Of a stretch of 64,000 bases of DNA, positions 27,483-35,657 are shown piece by piece (the stretch's first letter is position 1; the number at the start of each line of letters is the position of its first letter). Under the pieces are notes generated by a model. That model ran no database searches. It was given only the letters and a program-made list of their open reading frames with translations, and was not told the DNA's origin. The stretch lies in assembly GCA_001593935.1 (NCBI GenBank), contig LUCE01000002.1, forward strand, positions 1,290 to 65,289, given 5' to 3'. This DNA is from Candidatus Bathyarchaeota archaeon B26-2 (lineage in GTDB: Archaea > Thermoproteota > Bathyarchaeia > Bathyarchaeales > B26-1). Both the position numbers and the translations under genes were made by a program.

Positions 27483-29711
27483 TTAGATCCGCTTCTCTAA
27501 CGCCACCAGCCCGTCTATATCCGACTCCATCTTACTCTCTTTCTCGAACTGCGCGTTGTACAGTCTGCTATAGAGCCCTCCAGTCTTCATCAATTCCCTA
27601 TGGCTTCCAACCTCAACGATCCTACCCTTCTCCATAACGACGATGCGATCCGCCTTCTTCAAGGTGGAGAGTCTGTGAGCAATTATGATCGTCGTTCTTC
27701 CCTCGACGAGGTTATCCATCGCCTCTTGAATCTTCCTCTCAGTCAACGTGTCCACGGAGGATGTAGCCTCGTCGAGTATGAGGATTTTGGGGTCGGCTAG
27801 GATCGCTCTGGCGATGCCTACCCTCTGCCGCTCTCCCCCAGACAATCTGCGGCCTCCAGTGCCCACGTTCGTATCGTATTTTAGGTATCGCCTCTGGTCC
27901 ATTGCAAATTCGTGTACATTCGCAGCCTTCGCTGCCACGACGATCTCCTCTGGCTCTGCGTTCTGTTTGGCGTAGGCTATGTTATAGGCTAAAGATCCGT
28001 AAAAGAGGTCCGGCTCTTGGAGAACTATCCCTATCTGAGACCTTAAGCACTGAAGCCCAATCTTCTTGATGTCGACTCCGTCGATGTATATTGCTCCCCT
28101 GGTTGGGTCGTAGAAACGCATAAGGAGTTTTATCAGGGTTGTCTTTCCAGACCCGCTGGGTCCGACGACGCCGATCGTCTCCCCGGGATGGATTGTTAGG
28201 TTGATGTTCTTCAAGACTGGAGTGTACGGGTCGTAACCGAAATCCACGTTCTTCAGTTCGATCTTCCCCTTGAAGTCGAAGGCGACGGCGTCGGGCTGTT
28301 CTTTGATCTCGGGTTCCATCTCTAGAACCTCGAAGATTCGCTCGGCAGAGGTCATCGACTGTTGTATCTGCGGAAACTGGTTGCTTATCGTCTGGATCGG
28401 TCCATAAAACATGGAGATGTAACTTACGAAGGTTATGAGTGTCCCCGTTGTCAGGGTGCCGGCGAAAACCTCGTTTCCTCCTATCCACCACATCATGACT
28501 GTGCTCATGTAGGTTACGAAGCTGAGAACAGGGAAGAACTTCAGGTTGAGCAGGGTTGAGTCCATATTAGCCTTGAAGAGGCTCCGCATCTTCTCCGTGA
28601 ACCTCTTGAACTCAAACCTTTCTTGAACGAAGGTCTTGACGACGATCGTTCCCGGAACGGTGCTCCACAACAGAGAGTTGACGTCGGCAAGTCGCCTCCA
28701 GTTTCGATGATAGATCTTGCTGGACTTCTTACGGAAGAGTGGCCATCCTAGAAGAATGACTGGGATGGGTAGCAAAGAGATTAGGGCAAGCCGGAAGTTT
28801 ATGGTGAAGATCATGAATCCTATCCCGATTATCTGGAGAAAGCTTATTATGAGGCTCTGCATGCCCCATGACAGGAACCACTGAACGGTTCCGGTGTCGC
28901 TTACCAGCCTCTGCATTATCCTCCCGGAGCTGAATTTGTCATAGAAGCTCAGAGACATCAGTTGGAGGTGCTTGTAGAAGGATGTCCTCAAGTCGTATGT
29001 GACCTTCTGTCCGAAGTAGGCTAAGGTGTAGTTCCGGAGGATTCCCAGAACGGAGTTGGCGACGTATGTTCCCAAGAGGCCTAAGACGATGAAGAGGAGT
29101 AGGTTCGGGTTTCCTAGATTGTTGTTGGACGAAGGGAAGACTTCGTCTATAAGGATGCCCATCAGTTTTGGGGGTATAAGCGCGAGTCCTACGATGGCTA
29201 GGGATAAGATCAGAGAGAGTGCCATGTAGCCCCAGCTGGGCTTCAGATAACTGAGGAGCCACTTTACAACTTTGCGCTTAGCTATCTTCGGGCGTCTAGC
29301 CCAGTAGGTTTCATTCTCGACGCCGTTTCCGTTGACGATCACCTTCTTCTTTGCCATAGCGTCGATGAAGTTCGCTGCCTTGCGGAAGTCCTCGATGAAT
29401 CTCCTTGAGAACCTTATAACCCGTTCAGAGCCTAAAGGCGTCTCAACTAGGAGCTCGCCGTTTCCCACATAATCCTTAGCCTCGGCAGAGCGAACGAGTT
29501 TCAAGGGAACCTTGAAGAAGTGTTTGGTTTCTGGATTGACTGTAATTATCTTCTTGTCAGTTATTATGAGCCAACGGTCGCCGAAGTTTCCTTCCTCGTC
29601 GATGTCGCTCAACAAGAACTTGATAACCGTCTCGTCCTTCTCTATTAGAGACTCTACAATAGTAGATACTTCAGAAGGCAACTTATCCGGAGGCTCATCC
29701 TCCTCCACCAC
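27483..29711 (-). CDS. ABC exporter, fused permease/ATPase, with ~150-aa N-terminal cytosolic extension
   Basis: Six-TM MsbA-like domain. Walker A GPSGSGKTT, signature LSGGERQR, Walker B ILILDEATS. Confidence 0.9.
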   Translation of the reverse strand: MVEEDEPPDKLPSEVSTIVESLIEKDETVIKFLLSDIDEEGNFGDRWLIITDKKIITVNPETKHFFKVPLKLVRSAEAKDYVGNGELLVETPLGSERVIRFSRRFIEDFRKAANFIDAMAKKKVIVNGNGVENETYWARRPKIAKRKVVKWLLSYLKPSWGYMALSLILSLAIVGLALIPPKLMGILIDEVFPSSNNNLGNPNLLLFIVLGLLGTYVANSVLGILRNYTLAYFGQKVTYDLRTSFYKHLQLMSLSFYDKFSSGRIMQRLVSDTGTVQWFLSWGMQSLIISFLQIIGIGFMIFTINFRLALISLLPIPVILLGWPLFRKKSSKIYHRNWRRLADVNSLLWSTVPGTIVVKTFVQERFEFKRFTEKMRSLFKANMDSTLLNLKFFPVLSFVTYMSTVMMWWIGGNEVFAGTLTTGTLITFVSYISMFYGPIQTISNQFPQIQQSMTSAERIFEVLEMEPEIKEQPDAVAFDFKGKIELKNVDFGYDPYTPVLKNINLTIHPGETIGVVGPSGSGKTTLIKLLMRFYDPTRGAIYIDGVDIKKIGLQCLRSQIGIVLQEPDLFYGSLAYNIAYAKQNAEPEEIVVAAKAANVHEFAMDQRRYLKYDTNVGTGGRRLSGGERQRVGIARAILADPKILILDEATSSVDTLTERKIQEAMDNLVEGRTTIIIAHRLSTLKKADRIVVMEKGRIVEVGSHRELMKTGGLYSRLYNAQFEKESKMESDIDGLVALEKRI

Positions 29712-29893
29712 TACCAGACCACCTACATGTATGCGTCGAGAGCGTCCCTAGATTATCTCCCAGTACTTAAGTGTTTCGCATCGCGTTCATAGAGAAATTT
29801 CTCTCTTTAAGGTTGGATTTGGAGAAGACGGAGAGTCTTTGTTAGAGGCCATCTGTCTCGGGAATGGACAAAACAAATAAAGAATTTGCATAG

Positions 29894-32290
29894 ATGATCT
29901 ACATCATGGAGTCACGTTTAATCGTCTTTTGTTTGGTGGTGATGGTCTTCGCTTCATCATACCCAACAATATTTAGTACGGGCAGCGAAACTAATGATGG
30001 AGAATTACCATACTTAGGTGTCAGTGAGATGGTGGCGCCCAGCTACACTGTGAACTTTTACGGCGGCGGAGGCTTCCAGATTAGTATAGGCGGCGAAGAG
30101 TACACCTTTGAGGCTTCCTTCTCCTACCCAAACGCCGGATACAACAAGCTTACCAGCGAAGATGAGGCCGACCGATCTGGAGAGGCAGAATGGAACGTGG
30201 AGATAAAGACTCTGAACTCTAACGTCACCGAGATAAGATGTAAAGGAAAATATTATCAACTTATCCGTCTTATCATCCGAGATGACCATAGAATCAGAAT
30301 CAGAGACACTTTTAAGAACCTGAGAGACGAGGACCTAGGAATAATCATATCAAACAAGATCGTAGTGAAAGGGAACATCGGTGTACTCTATATCGCTGGG
30401 AGAAGATACTCTGCAGAGTCTGACGTGACTCTGGAACTTAAGGACCTATCGCAGGAACATGACTGGTCTATTTTCTTTAATCCCACCCTACTTATCGGTC
30501 AGGAGGCCACTGGAATCGGCGTCTTGGTGGAGGACGACGTCTACCGGAATCAACTGAGCATCAGATACTATTACTCACATTCTCTGAAGTATGGAAGTCT
30601 GTACACATCACACTTCGGATTGAGCCCAGGGTCCTCCTATACATTAGAATGGTCCATCTATCCCCTCTCGCCACCGGACTATTGGAACTTTATAAATATC
30701 GTCAGGAGCGACTTGGGCGTCAACTTTGCCATAGACGGCCCTTTGACGTTCCAGCATCCGAATTCCATAATGGAAATGCCCGTAGAGGAGTTGAGGAGAT
30801 TAATTAAACAGAAGGCGTGGAGGCTTGTGGCTCTCAGGCCTTGGTTCGACTACTATGACGGTTACAGAATGACAGAAGAAGAGTTCGCTGATCTAGTTAA
30901 GCCCGCTATAACTAGGTTGAAAGAGGCGGACCCGAACGTTGTTCCGTTATTTATGTTGGAGCCCCCTCTGAAAATCCTTCATAAAAGCGAGGTCTCTGGA
31001 TATAAGGACTCAGTTCCAGTCACAATAGATGGTGAACCATCGCTCTGTGAACGGTACAACCAGAAGGTAATCTCAAGGCTTGGCTTGTCCAGTGAATATG
31101 GTTTATACGATGCTTACGTGACGTTGGACAACAGGAGATTTAGAGAATTAATAGGTTTCATCGACTTTGCTATGGATGAATGCGGCTTTGAGGGGGTCTA
31201 CTTCGACTCCTTCTTTGGTTACACCTACAGCACCTACTATACTTACGACCGGTGGGACAACCACACAGTCGACATCGATCCGGAAAAGTTTACTATCGTG
31301 AGGAGATACGCTACCCTCGCGCTGATCACAAAAGACGCTGTGAGAAGCCTAGTTGAGCACATCAACTCCAAAGGCGGCGTAGTCGTAACAAATAGCAGGC
31401 CTCCGGTACGCTCCACACAATCCATCCGTATGAACAGCTTCGCCGAGAAGAATATGCACGTTGAAGGTCCATACGTTGAAAGAAGCGCGGCTTCAGTCCA
31501 CTTATATACGCCAATAAACCTCGGCGATCAACGGATATACGATTCTCAAAAAGACTTCATGGACGATGTAAGGCTACAGCTGCGGCACGGCGTGCTCTAT
31601 TACCCATACAATTATCGGGGTGAGGAAGGTTGGGGCGTGCTACGCCGCATGTTCCCATTCACGCCAATAGAGATTCACGGCGGGCGGCTCATAGGTGAAG
31701 AGAGGATAATCACGTTGGAGAGTGGAACTTACGGATGGGACGACAACAGCACAATAATATGTCACCTCTTTGATGCGGATGGCGTGGAGATTCCCGCCAG
31801 ATTCTTCCACGTCTGGTCTGCTGGAGGAAAGACCTATGTCAACGTCACTCTCGAAGAGGGACAGATAGCCATATTGGAGAGGCGTGAGGCCGGATTGAGA
31901 CTGCGGTCCCCAACGGCGTCTTTCACATACTCTCCACAGAACCCGAATGACTTACAGCCCGTAAAGTTCACCGATACATCAAGAGCCGTCGAGGGAAATA
32001 TCGTGTGCTGGTATTGGGACTTCGGTGATGGAACATACTCAACGGAGAGAAATCCCGTCCACACCTATGCTTATAGCGGAGAGTACACGGTCACCCTGTG
32101 GGTCGGCGACGAGAACGGCGTAGTGAGCGTCTACTCGCTCAAAGTTCGGGTAGCTGGCTACAGAATACCCGTAATGGCTGCCTTGTTGTCGCTGGCTGGA
32201 ACATTGATCTATCTCATAGTGAGACGATGGAGAGCAATCATAGAGAAGTGGAGGAAACTGATGAAGTATCCTCTTCCAGATAAAATTTAG
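29894..32290 (+). CDS. surface-anchored protein with C-terminal PKD domain; central domain unknown (possibly glycoside-hydrolase-like)
   Basis: N-terminal signal/TM. PKD signature WDFGDGTYSTERNPVHTYAYSGEYTVTLWV. C-terminal TM plus RRWR. Confidence 0.6.
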   Translation: MIYIMESRLIVFCLVVMVFASSYPTIFSTGSETNDGELPYLGVSEMVAPSYTVNFYGGGGFQISIGGEEYTFEASFSYPNAGYNKLTSEDEADRSGEAEWNVEIKTLNSNVTEIRCKGKYYQLIRLIIRDDHRIRIRDTFKNLRDEDLGIIISNKIVVKGNIGVLYIAGRRYSAESDVTLELKDLSQEHDWSIFFNPTLLIGQEATGIGVLVEDDVYRNQLSIRYYYSHSLKYGSLYTSHFGLSPGSSYTLEWSIYPLSPPDYWNFINIVRSDLGVNFAIDGPLTFQHPNSIMEMPVEELRRLIKQKAWRLVALRPWFDYYDGYRMTEEEFADLVKPAITRLKEADPNVVPLFMLEPPLKILHKSEVSGYKDSVPVTIDGEPSLCERYNQKVISRLGLSSEYGLYDAYVTLDNRRFRELIGFIDFAMDECGFEGVYFDSFFGYTYSTYYTYDRWDNHTVDIDPEKFTIVRRYATLALITKDAVRSLVEHINSKGGVVVTNSRPPVRSTQSIRMNSFAEKNMHVEGPYVERSAASVHLYTPINLGDQRIYDSQKDFMDDVRLQLRHGVLYYPYNYRGEEGWGVLRRMFPFTPIEIHGGRLIGEERIITLESGTYGWDDNSTIICHLFDADGVEIPARFFHVWSAGGKTYVNVTLEEGQIAILERREAGLRLRSPTASFTYSPQNPNDLQPVKFTDTSRAVEGNIVCWYWDFGDGTYSTERNPVHTYAYSGEYTVTLWVGDENGVVSVYSLKVRVAGYRIPVMAALLSLAGTLIYLIVRRWRAIIEKWRKLMKYPLPDKI

Positions 32291-32356
32291 TCTTCTTAAT
32301 TGTAGGCTATGTTTATCCGGATGGTCGTAAATAGAAGAGTGGTGGTGGGTTGAGGA

Positions 32357-33136
32357 TTGGAGAGCTCGGAAAATCCCGCTAGGGCCTTCTTTGATTTGCC
32401 TTTTGTTGAGGCGGCCAAGATCATTAGGGAGGGCATAGCAAACCGTAAGGTCGTCTTGATCGTTGGGAGGTGTAGCGTCGATTATAGTGGTAGGGCGAGC
32501 TCTAGGCTGGAGCCTGGAGACCGACTAATCATAATCAAGGAGGACGGCTCAGTTCTGGTTCATAGGCCGAAGGGTTACGAGCCGGTTAACTGGCAGCCTC
32601 CACCCTGCCTCTTCGAGACCCATGTGGACGAGGACGTTCTCGTTGTGAGAGCTATTAGGCAGAGACCCCGAGAATCCTTGAGGATGAGGTTCAGCAGGAT
32701 CTACCTGCTCTCGGTTATGGACCTAACTGATTCTGGAGAGTTCAGCCTCTACGCCAGCGAGGAGGATATGCAGAGGGCGATCCTCGTCCGGCCTTCAATC
32801 GTCGAGGAAGGCCTCAAACTCATCACATACGAGAAGAAGGTTGAACCCGGCTTCATAGACCTCTACGGTGTCGACAAGGACGGGAGAATGGTCGTGATAG
32901 AGATAAAGCGGAAGACGGCTGGTAAGGAGGCTGCTATACAGCTCGCTAGATACGTCGAGTCTGTCAAGAAGGCTGTAAACCGGGAGGTCAGAGGTATACT
33001 CGTCGCCCCAAGGCTCGCCAAAGGAGTTCAGAGAACACTCATCTCCCTCGGCCTTGACTTCAAACCGTTAGACCCCAAGAGATGCGCAGAGATACTGAAG
33101 AAGACTGAGACAAGAAGACTTCTTGAGTTTCTTTAA
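32357..33136 (+). CDS. nucS: endonuclease NucS/EndoMS
   Basis: GRCSVDYSGRASSRLEPGDRLIIIKEDGSVLVH...PVNWQPP and VVIEIKRK...AIQLARY align with P. abyssi NucS as I remember it. Confidence 0.9.
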   Translation: MESSENPARAFFDLPFVEAAKIIREGIANRKVVLIVGRCSVDYSGRASSRLEPGDRLIIIKEDGSVLVHRPKGYEPVNWQPPPCLFETHVDEDVLVVRAIRQRPRESLRMRFSRIYLLSVMDLTDSGEFSLYASEEDMQRAILVRPSIVEEGLKLITYEKKVEPGFIDLYGVDKDGRMVVIEIKRKTAGKEAAIQLARYVESVKKAVNREVRGILVAPRLAKGVQRTLISLGLDFKPLDPKRCAEILKKTETRRLLEFL

Positions 33137-33237
33137 CCCCTAAAATACATGTAAATATAGATTCTAAAAATACACAATAATATACATGTATGTGAGCTAA
33201 ATATTAATAAAAGTTAATTCTCCATTATGTAACACAC

Positions 33238-33918
33238 ATGGTGGTGTTCGGTTTGAGTTCGTGGAAGTATTCTTTTGAACTTGTCTTGAGGGAGCTCGAC
33301 CTCGCGAAGAAGAGGAAGAAAGCACTAGACGACCTCTACAACGCTGGAAGAATCTCCCAGTCAACCTACGAACATATAGAGCGAGAACTCACCGAGGTTA
33401 TGATCGACCTAGAGGCCCACATGGGAACCCTAGCCGAGAAGATGAACGCCAGAATCAAGGACCTCGAGAACCAGATGAGGGCCCTCGAAGTCTTCCTAGC
33501 GAACCTAGAGATACACTACGCCGCCGGAGAGATCGACGAGGAGACTTACAACAGCCAGAGCAAGGCGATCACACTAGGACTCGAAGCCACAAAGCAGGAG
33601 CTAGAGAACATAAAGGTCTCATTAAGCAAGATCGCTCCGGAAGCAAAGGCCGAAGAGAAACCGGCCGAGGCCCCCGAAGAGGCGCCCGCTGAGAAGCCGG
33701 CCGAGGTGCCAACAGAAGCGCCTGCCGAGGCCCCAACCGAGACCACTACGGAGGTCACTACTGAGGCTCCTACGGAAGCCCCCGCTGAGACTCCGGTGGA
33801 AACCTCAACTGTAACCCCGGTAGAGGAGAAGCCAGCCGAGGAGGAGAGCAAACCAGAACAACCGTCCTCCACAACGCCGTCAAGCTTCCCTTCAGAGACC
33901 ACATGGAGCACCTCGTGA
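33238..33918 (+). CDS. coiled-coil protein, CdvA-like, with low-complexity Pro/Glu/Ala/Thr tail
   Basis: Two G-x-I-(S/D)-x-x-TY motifs (AGRISQSTYEHIEREL and AGEIDEETYNSQSKAI) in heptad-rich sequence. C-terminal ~85 aa are EAP/TEAP-type repeats. Confidence 0.4.
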   Translation: MVVFGLSSWKYSFELVLRELDLAKKRKKALDDLYNAGRISQSTYEHIERELTEVMIDLEAHMGTLAEKMNARIKDLENQMRALEVFLANLEIHYAAGEIDEETYNSQSKAITLGLEATKQELENIKVSLSKIAPEAKAEEKPAEAPEEAPAEKPAEVPTEAPAEAPTETTTEVTTEAPTEAPAETPVETSTVTPVEEKPAEEESKPEQPSSTTPSSFPSETTWSTS

Positions 33919-34023
33919 GAAGCCCGAACCTTCTCACCTCTCCCTTTTTTATCTCAAGGCTCTAAATCTAGAGTCTTTTCATGCCTCTCTCAATTGACCG
34001 CGTATTTTTTCTGAGAATCGTTT

Positions 34024-34620
34024 CTACAGCCCTAGTCGTTGGCTTATTCCCTTAAGTGCTTCCAGCCCGATCTCGAAGAACTCCTCCCTCGTGAGGCCGA
34101 TGTCTTCGCAGAGGGAGATTCGGCCCCTATCGGCGCCCCTCGCGAAGTCCTTATCCTTGAACTTCTTTTTTACGGTCTTGATCTTCACTTCGCTCATCTT
34201 CTTCGAGGGCATGACGAGCGCGCAGGCTACCAGCAGACCTGAGAGGGCGTCGGAGGCGATGAGCGCTTTCTCCATCCTAGTCTCCGGTTCGACCCCTGTA
34301 TACTCGTAATTGTGGGCCTTTATGGCTCGTAGAACATCCTCGGGAACATCTCCCATCAAGAGTTCGACGGCTTTGAGGCCGTGTCTCTCGGGATGATCTC
34401 TGGTCTCCTCAAAGTCTATGTCATGAAGCAGCCCTGTTAAGCCCCATAGGTCTTCGTCCTCACCGAGATTACCGGCTAACTTCCTCATTATAGCCTCGAC
34501 AGCAAGCATGTGACAAAATATCCGCCTATTCTTAACCTTCGTCTTGACGAGGCTTAGGGCCTCATCCCGATTCAGAGGTGAAACCTCCCTAAGAGTAGAC
34601 CGCCTCTTAAGTTCCGACAT
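34024..34620 (-). CDS. HD-domain metal-dependent phosphohydrolase
   Basis: H...HD pattern (CHMLAVEA ... GLLHDIDFE). Confidence 0.7.
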   Translation of the reverse strand: MSELKRRSTLREVSPLNRDEALSLVKTKVKNRRIFCHMLAVEAIMRKLAGNLGEDEDLWGLTGLLHDIDFEETRDHPERHGLKAVELLMGDVPEDVLRAIKAHNYEYTGVEPETRMEKALIASDALSGLLVACALVMPSKKMSEVKIKTVKKKFKDKDFARGADRGRISLCEDIGLTREEFFEIGLEALKGISQRLGL

Positions 34621-35458
34621 TTATGTTCCCGCTCACCCTCTTGAGTGTGGCTATCGCGGAGAGGGCTGCTATGTAGCTCGTCTTGGGGTTGTCCGGGAAG
34701 GGTCTATTCACGGTTCTCGTTACCAGCTCGCCGAAGACGCCCTTAACCCTTATCTCATGGGTTATCCCCTTAACATCCGGATCGGCTATAATCTTAACCC
34801 GTGTTCTGTCAGCCCCTACGCCTGCCAAGCTCAGAGAGGCGGCAACATTCACGTTCCGTGGGAAGAGTTTGACAGCTTCTCTGGCGGGTCCCTCGTAGAG
34901 GACCTTTGGTTCCCTTATGGAGGTCAGGTCAATACCTCTCTTTCTGATGAGGGGGGCCCCCTCGAAACTTACTGGAGGCTTTCTGGTTGTGAGGATCACG
35001 CTCTCTATCTCCTCGAGGGCCGCCGACTTTATGTTGTCTAAGCCTACGATGGCTCCTGAGGGTATGTAGACCTTCCTTCCCAGCCTCCTAGCAGTATTAA
35101 GGACCTCTTGGTAGAGGTCTTCGTCTAGGAGTGCCCCGGTGCTCATCACCATGAGGTCTTTCCCTTCTTCGAGAACCTTGACGGCGTACTCTCTCACTGC
35201 GTCTTGGGAGGCAGCCTCAACCACGAGGTTGATGTCTCTTCGTCTTATGAGGAGGTCGGAGGTCTCAGCTATCACGGGACTCTTAGAAAGAACCTTAACA
35301 AGCCGTTCCGCATGCTCCCTCACGATGTCGTAGACCGCGACGAGCTTGAGGCCTCCAGCCCTACCATCGTCGATCGCCTTGGCTATCACAGTCCCGATCG
35401 AACCGCAACCGATTAAACCGACACCGATCTTCGTGTCGCAATCCCAGCTTAATCCCAT
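34607..35458 (-). CDS. nadX: L-aspartate dehydrogenase
   Basis: VGLIGCGSIG, IPSGAIVGLD, TTRKPP, LFPRNVNVA and DNPKTS align with T. maritima NadX landmarks. Confidence 0.85.
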   Translation of the reverse strand: MGLSWDCDTKIGVGLIGCGSIGTVIAKAIDDGRAGGLKLVAVYDIVREHAERLVKVLSKSPVIAETSDLLIRRRDINLVVEAASQDAVREYAVKVLEEGKDLMVMSTGALLDEDLYQEVLNTARRLGRKVYIPSGAIVGLDNIKSAALEEIESVILTTRKPPVSFEGAPLIRKRGIDLTSIREPKVLYEGPAREAVKLFPRNVNVAASLSLAGVGADRTRVKIIADPDVKGITHEIRVKGVFGELVTRTVNRPFPDNPKTSYIAALSAIATLKRVSGNINVGT

Positions 35459-35657
35459 TAGAAGAGTTTGTGACCAAACGGATGCTTAAATACTTTATGC
35501 GTTGTGTTACCCTTCCCGGAGGTGCTTGTAATAGACACGGTAACCCGCCTTTCAAACACTATGTGTAGAAGTTTTAAGCCCAGTTTACCCTTCTTAAGAG
35601 GTTCCTCCTTAAATATGAAGCGCAAGTTTTAATAGTACCATCGCTATACGTAAATTT

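Noticed and set aside
27982-28491. 169-aa Arg/Asp-rich ORF in an alternative frame, on the same strand as the ABC exporter
   Set aside because: It sits inside the well-supported transporter coding sequence. The composition is typical of an off-frame translation, and there is no ribosome-binding site.
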